NCBI RefSeq assembly: GCF_000738915.1 | Contig: NW_026515637.1 | Location: 434,001-498,000, forward strand | From: Nematocida ausubeli | Taxonomy: Eukaryota | Length of the DNA stretch: 64,000 bases | Reading direction: 5' to 3' | Program-made: the position numbers and the translations under genes | The notes under the pieces: model-generated | Database searches by the model: none | Seen by the model: the letters and a program-made list of their open reading frames with translations, nothing else | What the model was told of the DNA's origin: nothing | Part shown: piece after piece, positions 63,879-64,000 of the stretch | Layout: every line of letters starts with the position of its first letter | Position numbering within the stretch: the first letter of the stretch is position 1

Positions 63879-63998
63879 CTAAATATCCGACGTAAAAAAA
63901 TGAATTTTTGGTCCTGTGAGTTTGTGCGTGGTGAAGTGCTCAAGAAGACTCTTGTCCTTAGTGTAAGATGGAAGTGGTCTTAGAAGTGTGCTCAAGCG
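63879..63998 (-). CDS. 3' end of a gene extending beyond the window
   Basis: Open minus-strand frame RLSTLLRPLPSYTKDKSLLEHFTTHKLTGPKIHFFTSDI*, followed by AATAAA about 13 bp after the TAG. Confidence 0.45.
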   Translation of the reverse strand, partial: RLSTLLRPLPSYTKDKSLLEHFTTHKLTGPKIHFFTSDI

Positions 63999-64000
63999 GG

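Noticed and set aside
1..64000. CRISPR arrays, rRNA, transposase/RT genes, spliceosomal introns, telomeric repeat arrays
   Set aside because: None seen; the repeats are dispersed or in-frame tandem, and all conserved genes are uninterrupted ORFs.

Overview
Eukaryotic, compact, intron-poor, AT-rich DNA that reads as a microsporidian, most likely Nematocida. This assignment is inferred from reduced core proteins, intergenic gaps of 14-60 bp, AAATTT/CCC signals before ATGs and a ~910-aa secreted protein resembling the Nematocida large gene families. About 1-14 kb is accessory or subtelomere-like: two paralogues of a large secreted family plus a 3' remnant of a third, three copies of a shared downstream non-coding block containing covarying hairpins, a MITE-like element with ~70-bp inverted repeats, and orphan membrane proteins. 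About 14-24 kb and 45-64 kb hold housekeeping genes: CCT7, RPC31-like, RPN10, RPS23, cap methyltransferase, cofilin, Rho, IPP1, MetAP2, POL12, NAT10/KRE33, BRPF/NTO1-like, MCM3, TAF2-bromodomain, BRE1, EXO84-like and an intron-containing tRNA-Tyr(GUA). About 25-44.5 kb holds kinesin-14, tRNA-Arg(UCG) and lineage-specific candidate host-exposed proteins: a signal peptide + 7TM protein, a 2961-aa protein whose RING finger appears split by ~780 aa, and a small secreted gene bracketed by diverged inverted repeats. All calls come from reading motifs by eye; no searches were run.
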